Positions 18,939 to 28,327 of a stretch of DNA of 35,321 nucleotides are shown piece after piece. The notes under the pieces were generated by a model that saw only the letters and a program-made list of their open reading frames with translations, was not told the origin of the DNA and made no database searches. A program made the translations under genes and the position numbers. This stretch comes from a virus. Lineage: Duplodnaviria > Heunggongvirae > Uroviricota > Caudoviricetes. The stretch lies in the IMG/VR virus record IMGVR_UViG_648276647_000008; one strand, given 5' to 3'. Position 1 is the stretch's first letter. Each line of letters opens with the position of its first letter.

Positions 18939-19754
18939 TTAGCCAAGGCGCTTACGGCGCAGTTTCATTGACTTTTTGCGGGCAAGTTTTGCCGCGCCGG
19001 TCTGGGCTTTTCGACGCGCTTTTTTCAGCGCCGATTTTTGAGCCGCAGTCAGACGTTTTTTACGCAGGCGTTTACGGATGAGTTTGATCTCACCGTTACG
19101 AACAACCTTCTTAAATGCTTCAGTCAGCATTTCATCAGAAGTGCCAGCAACAACAAACGCCGCTTCCAGTTCGTCACGGTCGTCGCTATCTAAACCAGCG
19201 ATAGAGGCACCAACATCAGCAGCTGCGTCGTCGTCTTCATCGTCAGCCAGTGCTTCGATCAGGTCATCATCTACACCGCATGCTGCGAGGAAGTCAGCAA
19301 CATTTGCCCATGCTTCGTTATAGGCATCGTCCTGTTCTTCTGTAACTTCGGAGTCGTCGTCATCAGAGATACCAGCGATAGCCTGAACGAAACCATCAAG
19401 GGAGTCGAAAGTCAGATCACCGCTATCAGCCCAGGCGAAAACGGCGTCGGCCGCATCACTCAACGCATTCTGCATAGCACTTCGATTTGCAGCTTCCAGA
19501 ATCATCTGGTGCGCCTGTTCGACGGTCCATTCTTTACCGTCTTTCCCTTCCAGGATTTGCTCAGGAGCCGTGGCAGATGGAACGTTATCGTTAGTCTGTG
19601 CCGCCGGTTCCGGATTATTATTAATAACCGGATCTGTTGTCGGTTCGGCGCTTGCTCGGGCAGACTCCATCAACTGCACAGGATCAGAGTTCAAAGCGAA
19701 ACGAGACAGTCCATTCCCCAAAAATGCCCCGGATTGAAAAAAGTTTTTGCTCAT
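18939..19754 (-). CDS. Bipartite protein: strongly acidic core with highly basic Lys/Arg-rich C-terminal tail
   Basis: 271-aa ORF; Asp/Glu-rich stretches (DDDSEVTEEQDD..., DDEDDDAAAD) and C-terminus KKRLTAAQKSALKKARRKAQTGAAKLARKKSMKLRRKRLG; immediately downstream of the sheath-like gene. Confidence 0.4.
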   Translation of the reverse strand: MSKNFFQSGAFLGNGLSRFALNSDPVQLMESARASAEPTTDPVINNNPEPAAQTNDNVPSATAPEQILEGKDGKEWTVEQAHQMILEAANRSAMQNALSDAADAVFAWADSGDLTFDSLDGFVQAIAGISDDDDSEVTEEQDDAYNEAWANVADFLAACGVDDDLIEALADDEDDDAAADVGASIAGLDSDDRDELEAAFVVAGTSDEMLTEAFKKVVRNGEIKLIRKRLRKKRLTAAQKSALKKARRKAQTGAAKLARKKSMKLRRKRLG

Positions 19755-19763
19755 TGTATTTCC

Positions 19764-21353
19764 TTACTTAATAAGCAGCGGTACGCCCTGGATACGACGG
19801 GCTACGCCAGTCGGGCAGCAGGCCCAGACTACTTCCCATTTATCGAATTCCGCCTGCGTAACTTTCAGCACATACGGTTCTGTACCGTCAGCATCAGGAT
19901 CACGAGGAGCCACCAGAGCGCCGGAGGCGACAAAGCGATCCAAAAGTTTGGTCATCCCTTTAGTCAGGCCAGACTCAGTAATGCCGTCCGGGTTATGCTT
20001 CATCTGTCGGGCTAACTGGACAAAGAAACGGCTGATTGCGTTCATCAGGGATGGGACGTGCTGGAAATGCAGATAGTTGTCCTGCGTGCAGCAAGTTAAA
20101 GCATCATCGATGATCATCTGGCCCGAAGTACCTACAGATACTTTATTGAGTCGGCCCTTGACCATAGCTTCTTCGTCCGGGGTGTCTTCAGGATACAGCG
20201 GCTGAAGTGATGCACGAGCTATGACGGCACGTTCTTCACCAGCCGGTGAGTAATGCCAACCGCCGACATCGGAGTTTTTCTTGACGCCACGAGCTTTCGC
20301 CGCATACGCCGCGCCAGACAGACCGAAGACCACGCGGGATTGGGTCCATTTGTCTTTGCAGGAGAACGGGAAATGATAGACAGCACAGCTTACATAATCG
20401 GTACCAAGTAAACCGGTATCTTCAACAGCAGAGATCGCTTCCGTGTACGTCAATGTCGGTTTGACATCAAAGAAGCCATCAATCAGGCGATCAGAACAGA
20501 TATTACCTAACGCAGTGATCGCCGCATTGTCATAGCACCCCAGGCCGAGAACAGCGGTGTACATGTACGGCGCATTGTTCAGCACTTTCACCGCACGCAG
20601 GTACGCAGCGGTTGAGATTTTCGACTGATCGCCGTTGGTACCGCCAGTGAACGCCAACGATTTTTTGTTTGTTACTTTCGCTGTCGAAATCAGCTCTTCA
20701 TTAACAACCGCGCGCAGATATTTAGAACGGGCTTCCAGAGCCGTAGGCAGATAACACAAGCGGCCCATGTCATCTTTCGCTTCTTCCGCCAAAGACACAG
20801 TGTGTGTCTCCAGGGTCGTTACCACGCCGAGCGAAGTCGTCTGGGTCAGTTTTAAGAGGAAGCGTTCATTACCCGCGCTGTCCGCTGTTGCCGTTTCGAT
20901 GGTTAACTCACGGGTAGGTGAAATACACGGATCACCATCATCAACGTAGATAGCAAAGGCTTCGCCACTATCAAGTTCAATTTCAGAACCGTATGGCAAC
21001 GCACTGTAAGCCGGTTCGCCTGATTCATCGAACATAATAATCGGGAACTTCGCATCATCCGGAACAGCGCGAACAACATAACCAGACGTTTGCTGAATAG
21101 CTTCGTATACATGGCGAATTGGTTCGAACTGTGAGCCGGAAGACGGCTTCAGCGGTTCGCCGAGAACATCTTCGTAATTGGACTCAGTAACCGCAAGAAC
21201 AGTAAACGGCTTGCCACGCGCAAATACGCCAATACCAGCCCACAAGCTGCTATTTAATGCAACACCGGTAGATAACGTCGCATCGGCATTGATCGGGCTA
21301 ACCGCGACGCCGGATGCATTACCTAATGACTGTTGAATTGAATATTGAGACAT
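19764..21353 (-). CDS. Tail sheath protein candidate (P1 gp22-like)
   Basis: 529-aa ORF with ATG and RBS; size and position in the operon fit a contractile-tail sheath. Assignment by synteny, not alignment. Confidence 0.5.
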   Translation of the reverse strand: MSQYSIQQSLGNASGVAVSPINADATLSTGVALNSSLWAGIGVFARGKPFTVLAVTESNYEDVLGEPLKPSSGSQFEPIRHVYEAIQQTSGYVVRAVPDDAKFPIIMFDESGEPAYSALPYGSEIELDSGEAFAIYVDDGDPCISPTRELTIETATADSAGNERFLLKLTQTTSLGVVTTLETHTVSLAEEAKDDMGRLCYLPTALEARSKYLRAVVNEELISTAKVTNKKSLAFTGGTNGDQSKISTAAYLRAVKVLNNAPYMYTAVLGLGCYDNAAITALGNICSDRLIDGFFDVKPTLTYTEAISAVEDTGLLGTDYVSCAVYHFPFSCKDKWTQSRVVFGLSGAAYAAKARGVKKNSDVGGWHYSPAGEERAVIARASLQPLYPEDTPDEEAMVKGRLNKVSVGTSGQMIIDDALTCCTQDNYLHFQHVPSLMNAISRFFVQLARQMKHNPDGITESGLTKGMTKLLDRFVASGALVAPRDPDADGTEPYVLKVTQAEFDKWEVVWACCPTGVARRIQGVPLLIK

Positions 21354-21413
21354 AACTTTCCCTGTTATGCGCCCCGCACGGGGGCGCTATGTTAAACGGA
21401 GAACTTCCCCTGA

Positions 21414-23120
21414 TTACTCAGAGTCACCGGCATCAATCGTGTCGCCGCTAATGAAGTTAAGCCCGCCTTTTTTGGCCATTGTCAGCGTTACACGAGTGAA
21501 GTAATCAGCGCCGTTGCGTGGGTGCATATCGTTGATAGCCGAACCCCACAGTGTGGTACGGTTGACCAGCGCCGGAGTGGTCGGATGCTGGAACGGGATA
21601 GCCGGGACAGCATCACCAGTCACGAAGCCTGCTTTACCCGGATTTTCATCACGGACGTAGCACAGCACATCCATCGAGCTGAACTGAATGTTCTCTGTCG
21701 TTAAGTTCTTACAAATACCAGCAGGTACTTCGTACACTTTCACGTTACCGAACAGGGTACCGATGTAGTGAACATACGGAGTCTGGATATAGTCTTCGGC
21801 TGGCTGGAAGAAATCCTTCGGCAACTGTTTGAAGAAAGATGCTGCATCAGCACCAGCAAACATCCCCATCGCACCAGAAGATTTAACGCGCTCAATAATG
21901 TCGCGATATACAGTCTGGAATTTGCCACGAATGATGGTTGCCCATACATCAAAGGACTGGTTAACCGGCAGAGCGATGTCAAAGGTGTCGGTCGCAAGAG
22001 TACGCCAGATCATGATGCGAAGACGCAGCATATCCTGTTCATGAGACAGGTATTCCTTCAGGGTGCGGAACTGTAGGGAACCCAGGTCCAGACCAAATTC
22101 ACGCTGTGCTTCATACGCCGCCTGTACCGTGTGCTCAGCCGCGATAACGAACTGACTTGGGAACAGGGTGTATTTCTTCATTTCGTGGTTGATCAGCGGG
22201 ATCAGCTCAGGAGCGGCTTCAATATTGATTTCCGTCTCAATTGCGATCTCAGTGCCTTTATCCGGCGCTTTGGAGAACGACAGGGCAATCTGACCAATGT
22301 TGTAGTTCAGAGAGCAGGTAACAGTGATTTGCTCACCAGCAGCATTAGTAAACGAGTGAAGTAGGCTGCCGGAACCGTTATCAACAACAGACTTAATACG
22401 GTTAACGTAGATGTTAGTGCGACCTTTTCGGATTGGTACATTCTGGCCTTCGAAGTCTTCCATCTTGAAGGTTGCGGTTTTGCTAGTGCCATCGGAGCTT
22501 GCCACCAGCACATAGCGGCGACGTAACTGGCTGTACACACCGACGGATTGCATGTCCAGAACATCACCAGCAGCATAAGAACCAAAAGAGGAACCTGCCA
22601 CGTTAAAGACTTCATAGATGTCGGACTGGTCACGCGTAACCGGAATGAAGGTACACGCATCAGCGGTAGCTGCCCCCAACTGAACAGGCAGGATCATCGC
22701 GAGGAATAAAGGCAGACGCATAACACCGTCAGAAACGCTCATCATCTCTGCTGCGACGGATTCCAGCATCGCTTTATTAGTGGCATCCATGCTATTGCGG
22801 GTGGACTCTATCAGGCAGTTTTCCAGCGTCTGGTGGCAGGAGGCCAGAATTTCCGGACGCGGCATAGATTTATGTGCTGCGGCGTAGTCAGCCAGTGCAC
22901 TTGCCCACGCTGTAGCGATTTGAGCGGTGGCATTATCAGAGATACCCGCAAAAACCGGGTCTTTACGTGCAGCTTCAAGGATAGATGCGGCACGCGCGGC
23001 ATCATCTTTAATGAATTGGTTATCAGTACCGAACTGCGCAGTGCTTGCCCAGCCAAGCACAGCTTTAGAGCGTTTTGCGATATCTGCAATACGATTCTGG
23101 TATTCGCGTAAGTTACTCAA
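21414..23120 (-). CDS. Major capsid protein candidate (P1 gp23-like)
   Basis: Long ORF with no Met in the first ~90 residues of the track translation, which starts at a TTG at 23141. A second TTG at 23120 is preceded by AGGAAG at 6-nt spacing and is the more likely start (~568 aa). Confidence 0.45.
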   Translation of the reverse strand: MSNLREYQNRIADIAKRSKAVLGWASTAQFGTDNQFIKDDAARAASILEAARKDPVFAGISDNATAQIATAWASALADYAAAHKSMPRPEILASCHQTLENCLIESTRNSMDATNKAMLESVAAEMMSVSDGVMRLPLFLAMILPVQLGAATADACTFIPVTRDQSDIYEVFNVAGSSFGSYAAGDVLDMQSVGVYSQLRRRYVLVASSDGTSKTATFKMEDFEGQNVPIRKGRTNIYVNRIKSVVDNGSGSLLHSFTNAAGEQITVTCSLNYNIGQIALSFSKAPDKGTEIAIETEINIEAAPELIPLINHEMKKYTLFPSQFVIAAEHTVQAAYEAQREFGLDLGSLQFRTLKEYLSHEQDMLRLRIMIWRTLATDTFDIALPVNQSFDVWATIIRGKFQTVYRDIIERVKSSGAMGMFAGADAASFFKQLPKDFFQPAEDYIQTPYVHYIGTLFGNVKVYEVPAGICKNLTTENIQFSSMDVLCYVRDENPGKAGFVTGDAVPAIPFQHPTTPALVNRTTLWGSAINDMHPRNGADYFTRVTLTMAKKGGLNFISGDTIDAGDSE

Positions 23121-23257
23121 TTTACTCTTCCTTAAACACAAGGCACTTGTGTGAATCCCTTTTCGGAAGAGATTTTATTGAAAGTCACTTGTTGACTTTC
23201 TCGTGACAAGCAAATTTTTTATTTTTTTCGGGAGGAGGGGAGGAAGGTAAAATCCAA

Positions 23258-23341
23258 GGTGAAATCGTGGCGATTTCACCTTGAAATTTTAGAGTAATTT
23301 ACTTTAAAAACAGTCAGTTAATAGTGAAATTTGAATGGCGA
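23258..23341. promoter_or_regulatory. parS: Partition site parS (ParB heptamer/hexamer boxes)
   Basis: Directly downstream of parB: GGTGAAATCGTGGCGATTTCACC and TAGTGAAATTTGAATGGCGA carry ATTTCAC-type box A and TCGCCA-type box B flanking an AT-rich spacer, as in P1 parS. Confidence 0.7.
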
Positions 23342-23345
23342 AAGT

Positions 23346-24347
23346 TTAAGGCTTCGGCTTTTTATCGAGGCTCTTTCTAAGGATATGCCCAATCATCCTG
23401 TCGAGTTCTTCCTGTAACTCTTTTGAGAGTCGATTAAACTCATAAGAAAATGCACGGCCTTTCACGCGCTTCCTTGCAAAGCGATCCTTGTCCTCAAATT
23501 TCCATAATTCAGTAACTACGGACTTATCTTTAGAACCTTTATCCGTGAGTAGTGAGGCTTCCTTTGTTATCAAGCGCAGGATTTTATTTTTAACTTCATC
23601 TTCGGCCATTTCTTCAATGGATAAGATGTCGTTTATTTCCGGGGATATGTTTTGAATAAGCTGATCAAACTCTAAATTCTTGTTCCCCATTTCGTCGCCA
23701 ACAGCACAAAGCGTTTTGTAGTCCGAAAAGGTTAATTCCGACTGCACAGGGAAAAGGGCGACTAATTCTTCCGGAGCACTCGCTGCCTGGAGAGCACGCG
23801 TGACCTTCGCCTGAGACAGCCCTTCTTTGGCTGCAATATCCTTCTGACTCATCCCATCATTTTTCATTCGCATCAAACGCAGACCTATTTCTCGAATGCT
23901 GTGCTGCAATGCTGTCTGAACGTCTTTCGCTAAATTTTGCGCTTCCTGAACGCTGATCTCCTGGTCCGTGACTAAAACCCGCAACCCTACGTTCTCTAAG
24001 ATGGCAGAAGCTCGACGCCGGGAACCATCCAAAATTTCAATTTTCCCTGTAGCCCGTCTAACACCTATTGCAGGGTAAAATTGCTGATGCTTAATAGTGC
24101 TTCGGATACTTTTTAATGATTTTGGCGTAAGAGATGCCTGGTCACGCCCGTTGTTATGCTGATCAACAAAGGTATCGCTTTCTACCTGGTTCGGAGGTAT
24201 TACCTCTTCAATAAATGTGGCCTGGCGACCAGTTGATAACTTGAATACCTGCTCGACTCGATCGCCAGAGGCTGAAGAACTATCAAATCCGCTTAATATT
24301 GAAGGATTAAGGGTTCGCCCAATTGTTGGTCTGTTTTTCTTTGACAT
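23346..24347 (-). CDS. parB: Partition protein ParB
   Basis: 333-aa ORF immediately downstream of parA; HTH-like region and length identical to P1 ParB as recalled. Confidence 0.85.
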   Translation of the reverse strand: MSKKNRPTIGRTLNPSILSGFDSSSASGDRVEQVFKLSTGRQATFIEEVIPPNQVESDTFVDQHNNGRDQASLTPKSLKSIRSTIKHQQFYPAIGVRRATGKIEILDGSRRRASAILENVGLRVLVTDQEISVQEAQNLAKDVQTALQHSIREIGLRLMRMKNDGMSQKDIAAKEGLSQAKVTRALQAASAPEELVALFPVQSELTFSDYKTLCAVGDEMGNKNLEFDQLIQNISPEINDILSIEEMAEDEVKNKILRLITKEASLLTDKGSKDKSVVTELWKFEDKDRFARKRVKGRAFSYEFNRLSKELQEELDRMIGHILRKSLDKKPKP

Positions 24348-24363
24348 GGGGGTTTCTTACTCC

Positions 24364-25560
24364 TCAGTTAGATCTGATAAATTCAATACGGTCAAAAACT
24401 GCTTTAGCAAAATCTTCCGCGGCAATTCGCGCGTTCTTCAATGCATCAGCACTACCAACATACGTTGCCGGGTTAGCTGAAATAACAGTGTCAAAAGACT
24501 CGCCGCAGCGTTCAAAACCGTCAAGGCGAGGGAGGACGACATCAAGCATATCCCCACCGAACACTTCTTTAGCCAGGCTATGGCAATACTTATGGTCTGC
24601 CTTGTTACTCAACTTGGACATAAAACCAATGTTAGTCGCAAGCTGGCACTCGCAGCCTTCATCCGAAATGAGTTTCACCAACTCAGGAAGGCGGGCAACG
24701 TATTTAAGCGATGAGTGGAAATCAACCGTTGCAGGCGGCAGAGGTGTAAACAGTATATTGGCCGAGGCCAAAGCATTTTTCAGGAAGGCGTCAAGGTGAG
24801 GACCACTATCAACGAGGATAAAGTCATAATCGCTCTTCAGCTTATCAATCACATTTTCTTTCAGGACTGCATGGATGTTCTGACCCGGTAGATGCTCATT
24901 GCACAGCTCTCTCCAATCGGATGCAATAAAGGCATCGTCAATCGACGCAGGCATAACGTCAACCCCAGGTACAACAGAAGGAACAATAAACTCCTCTAAC
25001 AGCTCTTCACGGCTTACATTCTGCAACATAGCCTGTGCAGATGTTGCGTTTACGATACCAATAGAGTGTTTATGGCTTAAAAACATCGTTGCTGAAGATT
25101 GCGGATCAAGGTCAATAACCAGAATTCTTAAATCTTCCATCAGAAGATGAGGGTGGGCACGCATTGCATGCGCCAGAGAAACCGTCGATACAGTTTTTGA
25201 CACACCGCCTTTAAGATTGGAGATGAAAATCACATACGCTTCGCTGTAGCGATCCCGGTATTTTGGCACTCCGCGATGTTCATATATGTCAATGATGTTC
25301 TGAATTGACATCGCATATTTCATTGAAGAGCCAGCAGGGCGTTTATCGAAAACATAACCCTTTTCTTCCATTTCACTTACGGCATAGTCAACGTTCGCTC
25401 GAGTCAGTAGAGGCAATTTTGCCAGTGCCGCTTTCGCATAGACCTGGTAAAACTCGTTCGCGTGTAGCTCATCCTTTTGCAACTGTACTTGTTCAGTCAG
25501 AACATTGAGCATTCTGTTTGCTCTTTGAGCAACCTTGTGAAGCTGGCTGGAATCACTCAT
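24364..25560 (-). CDS. parA: Partition ATPase ParA (type Ia, with N-terminal regulatory domain)
   Basis: 398-aa ORF with deviant Walker A (NLKGGVSKT); length identical to P1 ParA as recalled. Confidence 0.9.
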   Translation of the reverse strand: MSDSSQLHKVAQRANRMLNVLTEQVQLQKDELHANEFYQVYAKAALAKLPLLTRANVDYAVSEMEEKGYVFDKRPAGSSMKYAMSIQNIIDIYEHRGVPKYRDRYSEAYVIFISNLKGGVSKTVSTVSLAHAMRAHPHLLMEDLRILVIDLDPQSSATMFLSHKHSIGIVNATSAQAMLQNVSREELLEEFIVPSVVPGVDVMPASIDDAFIASDWRELCNEHLPGQNIHAVLKENVIDKLKSDYDFILVDSGPHLDAFLKNALASANILFTPLPPATVDFHSSLKYVARLPELVKLISDEGCECQLATNIGFMSKLSNKADHKYCHSLAKEVFGGDMLDVVLPRLDGFERCGESFDTVISANPATYVGSADALKNARIAAEDFAKAVFDRIEFIRSN

Positions 25561-25833
25561 CGAAAGTCATCCTTTATGCTGTATTTTTGAATTTAATTAA
25601 AAATGCTGCATAAAATAATAATGTATGCGTAGATGCTTGTACATAGCATTCCCTGCATGTTTACTCCTTTGCCAAGTGTGTCACAACATGCTTTGGCATC
25701 CTCCACGCATAAAGGACGCGGATTTCTTTTATGTTCAGGTTGTAGCCTGAATCATTTTGGTGATTTCCTGCTTCAACGGGCAGCCCGGCTTCACTCTCTA
25801 TCAACTGGTGAGAACGGCTTGCCCGGCAGCTTC

Positions 25834-26120
25834 GATGTGTGCTGGAGGGAGAATAAAAGTCTAAGATGTGCGATAGAGGGAAGTCGCATTGAATTATGTG
25901 CTGTGGAGGGATCGCTGGTATCAAATATGTGTGCTGGAGGGAAAGACAGAGAATTACATGTGCACTGGAGGGAAAAACGGATGGACAGATGTGTGCTGGA
26001 GGGAAAGTCTGAGCAAGCTGCGGGGCGTCCCCCTCCAGCGCACATCAAAAACGGGAAATTGGACAAGCCTTCCCGGCAGCACACATTTTTTGAATGCAGC
26101 AGCCCTCCAGCACACACTTA
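25834..26120. repeat. incA iteron array: nine ~19-bp RepA-binding iterons, six direct and three inverted
   Basis: Copies of GATGTGTGCTGGAGGGAAA-like sequence at ~25834, 25865, 25906, 25925, 25956, 25988 and inverted at ~26031, 26072, 26103, abutting the repA 3' end. Confidence 0.85.
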
Positions 26121-26978
26121 TTCGGGGAGTTTCAGCTTTGGATTGCGAGAATGGACGATTACAAAACTTTCCCGGCCTTTCTTCTCAATTGAACAGTCGA
26201 GATAGCCGATTGTTTTAAGCTGTTCTATCGCTTTCTTAATGATACGGTTTTGCTCGCCAACAGCTGACTGCAAAGCCAGGCGCTCACGGATTCGCGCGAA
26301 CGATAGCGGCAACGGGTTCTGCGGAAGGCTTTCGATGAAAGTGTAAATGGCTTGTGCAGCTTCTTTCTTCGGAAGGGCACGCAAGGCGTGGTGTTGCAAC
26401 AGAACGCGATAATCAAGCTGGAACAGCTCCCACAGCTTCGAATCAGCCTCCAGCTCTATCAGATCAAGGTCAGCATCAAAACGCCCGACCTTCAGCAGAC
26501 CAGTCTGATAGCCGCCTTTAGCATCTTTTCCGCGCTTAAAAGCGATACCCTTGTTACGCAAGCGTCCAAGTGATTCATGAATGGTTAAACGCAGTTTCGC
26601 ATCCAGACGTTTTGAGGGGAAACCACAGGCTTTAGCGAATTCCTGAAACGATAACTGGATGGTGTTTGAGGACAAGCCGTATTTGCTGAACGCGTAGATG
26701 ACACCGATCCACGTTTTGAAATCAGTATCCATATCGAGTCGAGGACCGGTGATTTTAATATCATCGTAACCCTCGGCTTTAGCTATCTCCAGCTGGGAAA
26801 ACGCTTTGGTGGCATCAATCTCTTTACTTTCTCCTTTGCTCTTTGATGGCTTCGGCACGAATACCCCCAAGCGCATCAACGCTACAGGCTGCACAGTGTT
26901 GTTTGAATTAACTGTTAGTTCTTTTGCCTTACTTTCAATGTCTGCGTAAAGAATATCGGAGATAAAAGATTGATTCAT
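26118..26978 (-). CDS. repA: Plasmid replication initiator RepA
   Basis: 286-aa ORF flanked by iteron arrays on both sides (incC upstream, incA downstream), the P1 R-replicon architecture. Confidence 0.85.
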   Translation of the reverse strand: MNQSFISDILYADIESKAKELTVNSNNTVQPVALMRLGVFVPKPSKSKGESKEIDATKAFSQLEIAKAEGYDDIKITGPRLDMDTDFKTWIGVIYAFSKYGLSSNTIQLSFQEFAKACGFPSKRLDAKLRLTIHESLGRLRNKGIAFKRGKDAKGGYQTGLLKVGRFDADLDLIELEADSKLWELFQLDYRVLLQHHALRALPKKEAAQAIYTFIESLPQNPLPLSFARIRERLALQSAVGEQNRIIKKAIEQLKTIGYLDCSIEKKGRESFVIVHSRNPKLKLPE

Positions 26979-27037
26979 ATTACTTTTTCCGAATTATGTG
27001 GATAGTTTTTATAAGCGGTGATAACTACCCGGGCTTT

Positions 27038-27138
27038 CCCGTCAGCACACATCCTATATCCCGCCAGCACACATTAGCAACCCGTCAGCACACATTTTTA
27101 TCCCGTCAGCACACATCGTTTTCCCTCCAGCACACATC
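27038..27138. repeat. incC iteron array: five direct iterons (CCCGTCAGCACACAT) at ~21-22 bp spacing in the repA promoter region
   Basis: Five copies at ~27038, 27060, 27081, 27102, 27123. Confidence 0.85.
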
Positions 27139-27174
27139 GCGATACACTTCTAAGCCAGACGTGGCGCGGCCTGC

Positions 27175-27260
27175 AACGATCAGGGATCTATATGGATCTA
27201 ATTGGGATCTGTATGGACCTAATTATTGGATCTACCCAGTGGATAATGTGGATAAGTGAA
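27175..27260. promoter_or_regulatory. oriR core: five clustered GATC sites in heptamer repeats plus DnaA box
   Basis: GATC at ~27178, 27185, 27195, 27206, 27230; DnaA box TGTGGATAA at 27247-27255 (another TGTGGATA at ~26997 near the repA start). Confidence 0.7.
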
Positions 27261-27295
27261 AAACCGGCCAACATAGCCGGTTGGAAGGAAGGGTA

Positions 27296-27688
27296 TTATT
27301 CTACGCTTTCGATAAGAAGACCATGTTCATAACATTTAAGCTCATCGCCTTCGTACAGGAATTGGTATCCAATACCACCATTTTCATGGACATTAGGGAA
27401 TAACTCATAACTCACTGAAGAGCAAATCACACCAATGCAACGATCAACGCCTTCTCGTTCTTCAGTGCTGAAAAAATCCTCTTCGGTAAGAACATGAGTA
27501 CATTGCTCATCAGCATAGGTCGGAAATACATGCTCGATGCAATCCGGGTGTTTTAAACCAAGCTGATCGGCAAGCTCGAAAGCATGACGGTATTGTTCAG
27601 ATCCTGGCTTGCCAACAGTGATGTGCTCAATTTTGTAGATTGAAGTCGCTTTGTTGATAGTTTGCTTTACTGTTACTTTATCAGACAT
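27296..27688 (-). CDS. Hypothetical Cys-containing protein (P1 upfA position)
   Basis: 130-aa ORF with ATG start, adjacent to the replicon; no motif recognised. Confidence 0.45.
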   Translation of the reverse strand: MSDKVTVKQTINKATSIYKIEHITVGKPGSEQYRHAFELADQLGLKHPDCIEHVFPTYADEQCTHVLTEEDFFSTEEREGVDRCIGVICSSVSYELFPNVHENGGIGYQFLYEGDELKCYEHGLLIESVE

Positions 27689-27699
27689 AAAAATCCCTT

Positions 27700-28032
27700 T
27701 TAGTTACCGCTGATAGCGCGGTTGTAATCATTAACGTTGCGATTCTTCCTGTTAATCCCCATCAGCATCGTTTCTGTATCGAGGATATACGCTGGCAGAT
27801 CATCAAAATATTCACTGCTAAACTCTGGCATCCTGCACATAAATGCACTTTTTGGGGCAGGGTGGTTAACCTTTGTCGGCGTCGGCGTTAAATTCGCTGA
27901 TCGACTCCCGGAGCAACCGCTGAGTGTCAGCAGGAATACGCTGGCGAACATTACCCGCCGCAACAAGTTGTTTCTGAACTTCAGCTTTTCGTTCCATTTG
28001 CCTGTCAGCATACTTGGCTTGTTCTGATTCAT
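27700..28032 (-). CDS. Lipoprotein precursor; candidate outer-membrane spanin subunit (P1 mlp position)
   Basis: 110-aa ORF with AGGAAG RBS; hydrophobic stretch ending in lipobox LSGC, then a Pro/Thr-rich mature part (TPTPTKVNHPAPK). Its start lies inside the 3' end of the upstream gene in another frame. Confidence 0.5.
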   Translation of the reverse strand: MNQNKPSMLTGKWNEKLKFRNNLLRRVMFASVFLLTLSGCSGSRSANLTPTPTKVNHPAPKSAFMCRMPEFSSEYFDDLPAYILDTETMLMGINRKNRNVNDYNRAISGN

Positions 28033-28288
28033 TTTTCACTTCCTGGCTGTGAAAATGTTGCTCTGCTTTGTTCATCGTCTCAATGGTCTGGTTAAGATCC
28101 ATTATTGACTTATCACGTTCCTTAACAGCCTGATCAAGACTGCCAATTTTCTCCATGGCTTGCTTTAGCTGATGACGTTCCCACGCAAACCCAGCACCAA
28201 CAAGTGCGCAAATCAGAACAAGAACACCAGTAGCAGCAAGTTTCTCCTTCAAAGACAAAGCTGTTTTTAATGTAGAAAAGAATGACAT
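27866..28288 (-). CDS. Type-II membrane protein with coiled-coil periplasmic domain; candidate inner-membrane spanin subunit (P1 ppfA position)
   Basis: ATG at 28288 (MSFF...) with GGAGG RBS at 6 nt; the track's upstream start is a TTG. N-terminal TM helix (ATGVLVLICALVGAGFAW) then a charged helical region; the 3' end overlaps the lipoprotein gene by ~165 nt. Confidence 0.5.
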   Translation of the reverse strand: MSFFSTLKTALSLKEKLAATGVLVLICALVGAGFAWERHQLKQAMEKIGSLDQAVKERDKSIMDLNQTIETMNKAEQHFHSQEVKNESEQAKYADRQMERKAEVQKQLVAAGNVRQRIPADTQRLLRESISEFNADADKG

Positions 28289-28327
28289 GTCTTCCTCCTG
28301 AAGAAAAATTATCAATGAAGTCCTTTG

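Noticed and set aside
23222-23240. Polypurine tract GGGAGGAGGGGAGGAAGG next to parS as a distinct feature
   Set aside because: No repeat partner or coding context; possibly part of the centromere flank, but nothing in the sequence supports a separate function.
25633-26218. Overlapping ORFs (190, 108, 109, 87 aa) across the incA region
   Set aside because: Generated by the iteron repeats on both strands; no RBS; repetitive low-complexity translations.
25834-27138. Short direct repeats with spacers that could be mistaken for a CRISPR array
   Set aside because: They are ~19-bp iterons in two blocks flanking repA, with irregular spacing and mixed orientation, and no cas genes; this is the incA/incC arrangement of an iteron plasmid replicon.
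26996-27259. 87-aa plus-strand ORF
   Set aside because: Lies entirely within the incC iterons and GATC/DnaA-box origin; its repetitive translation is an artefact of the iterons.
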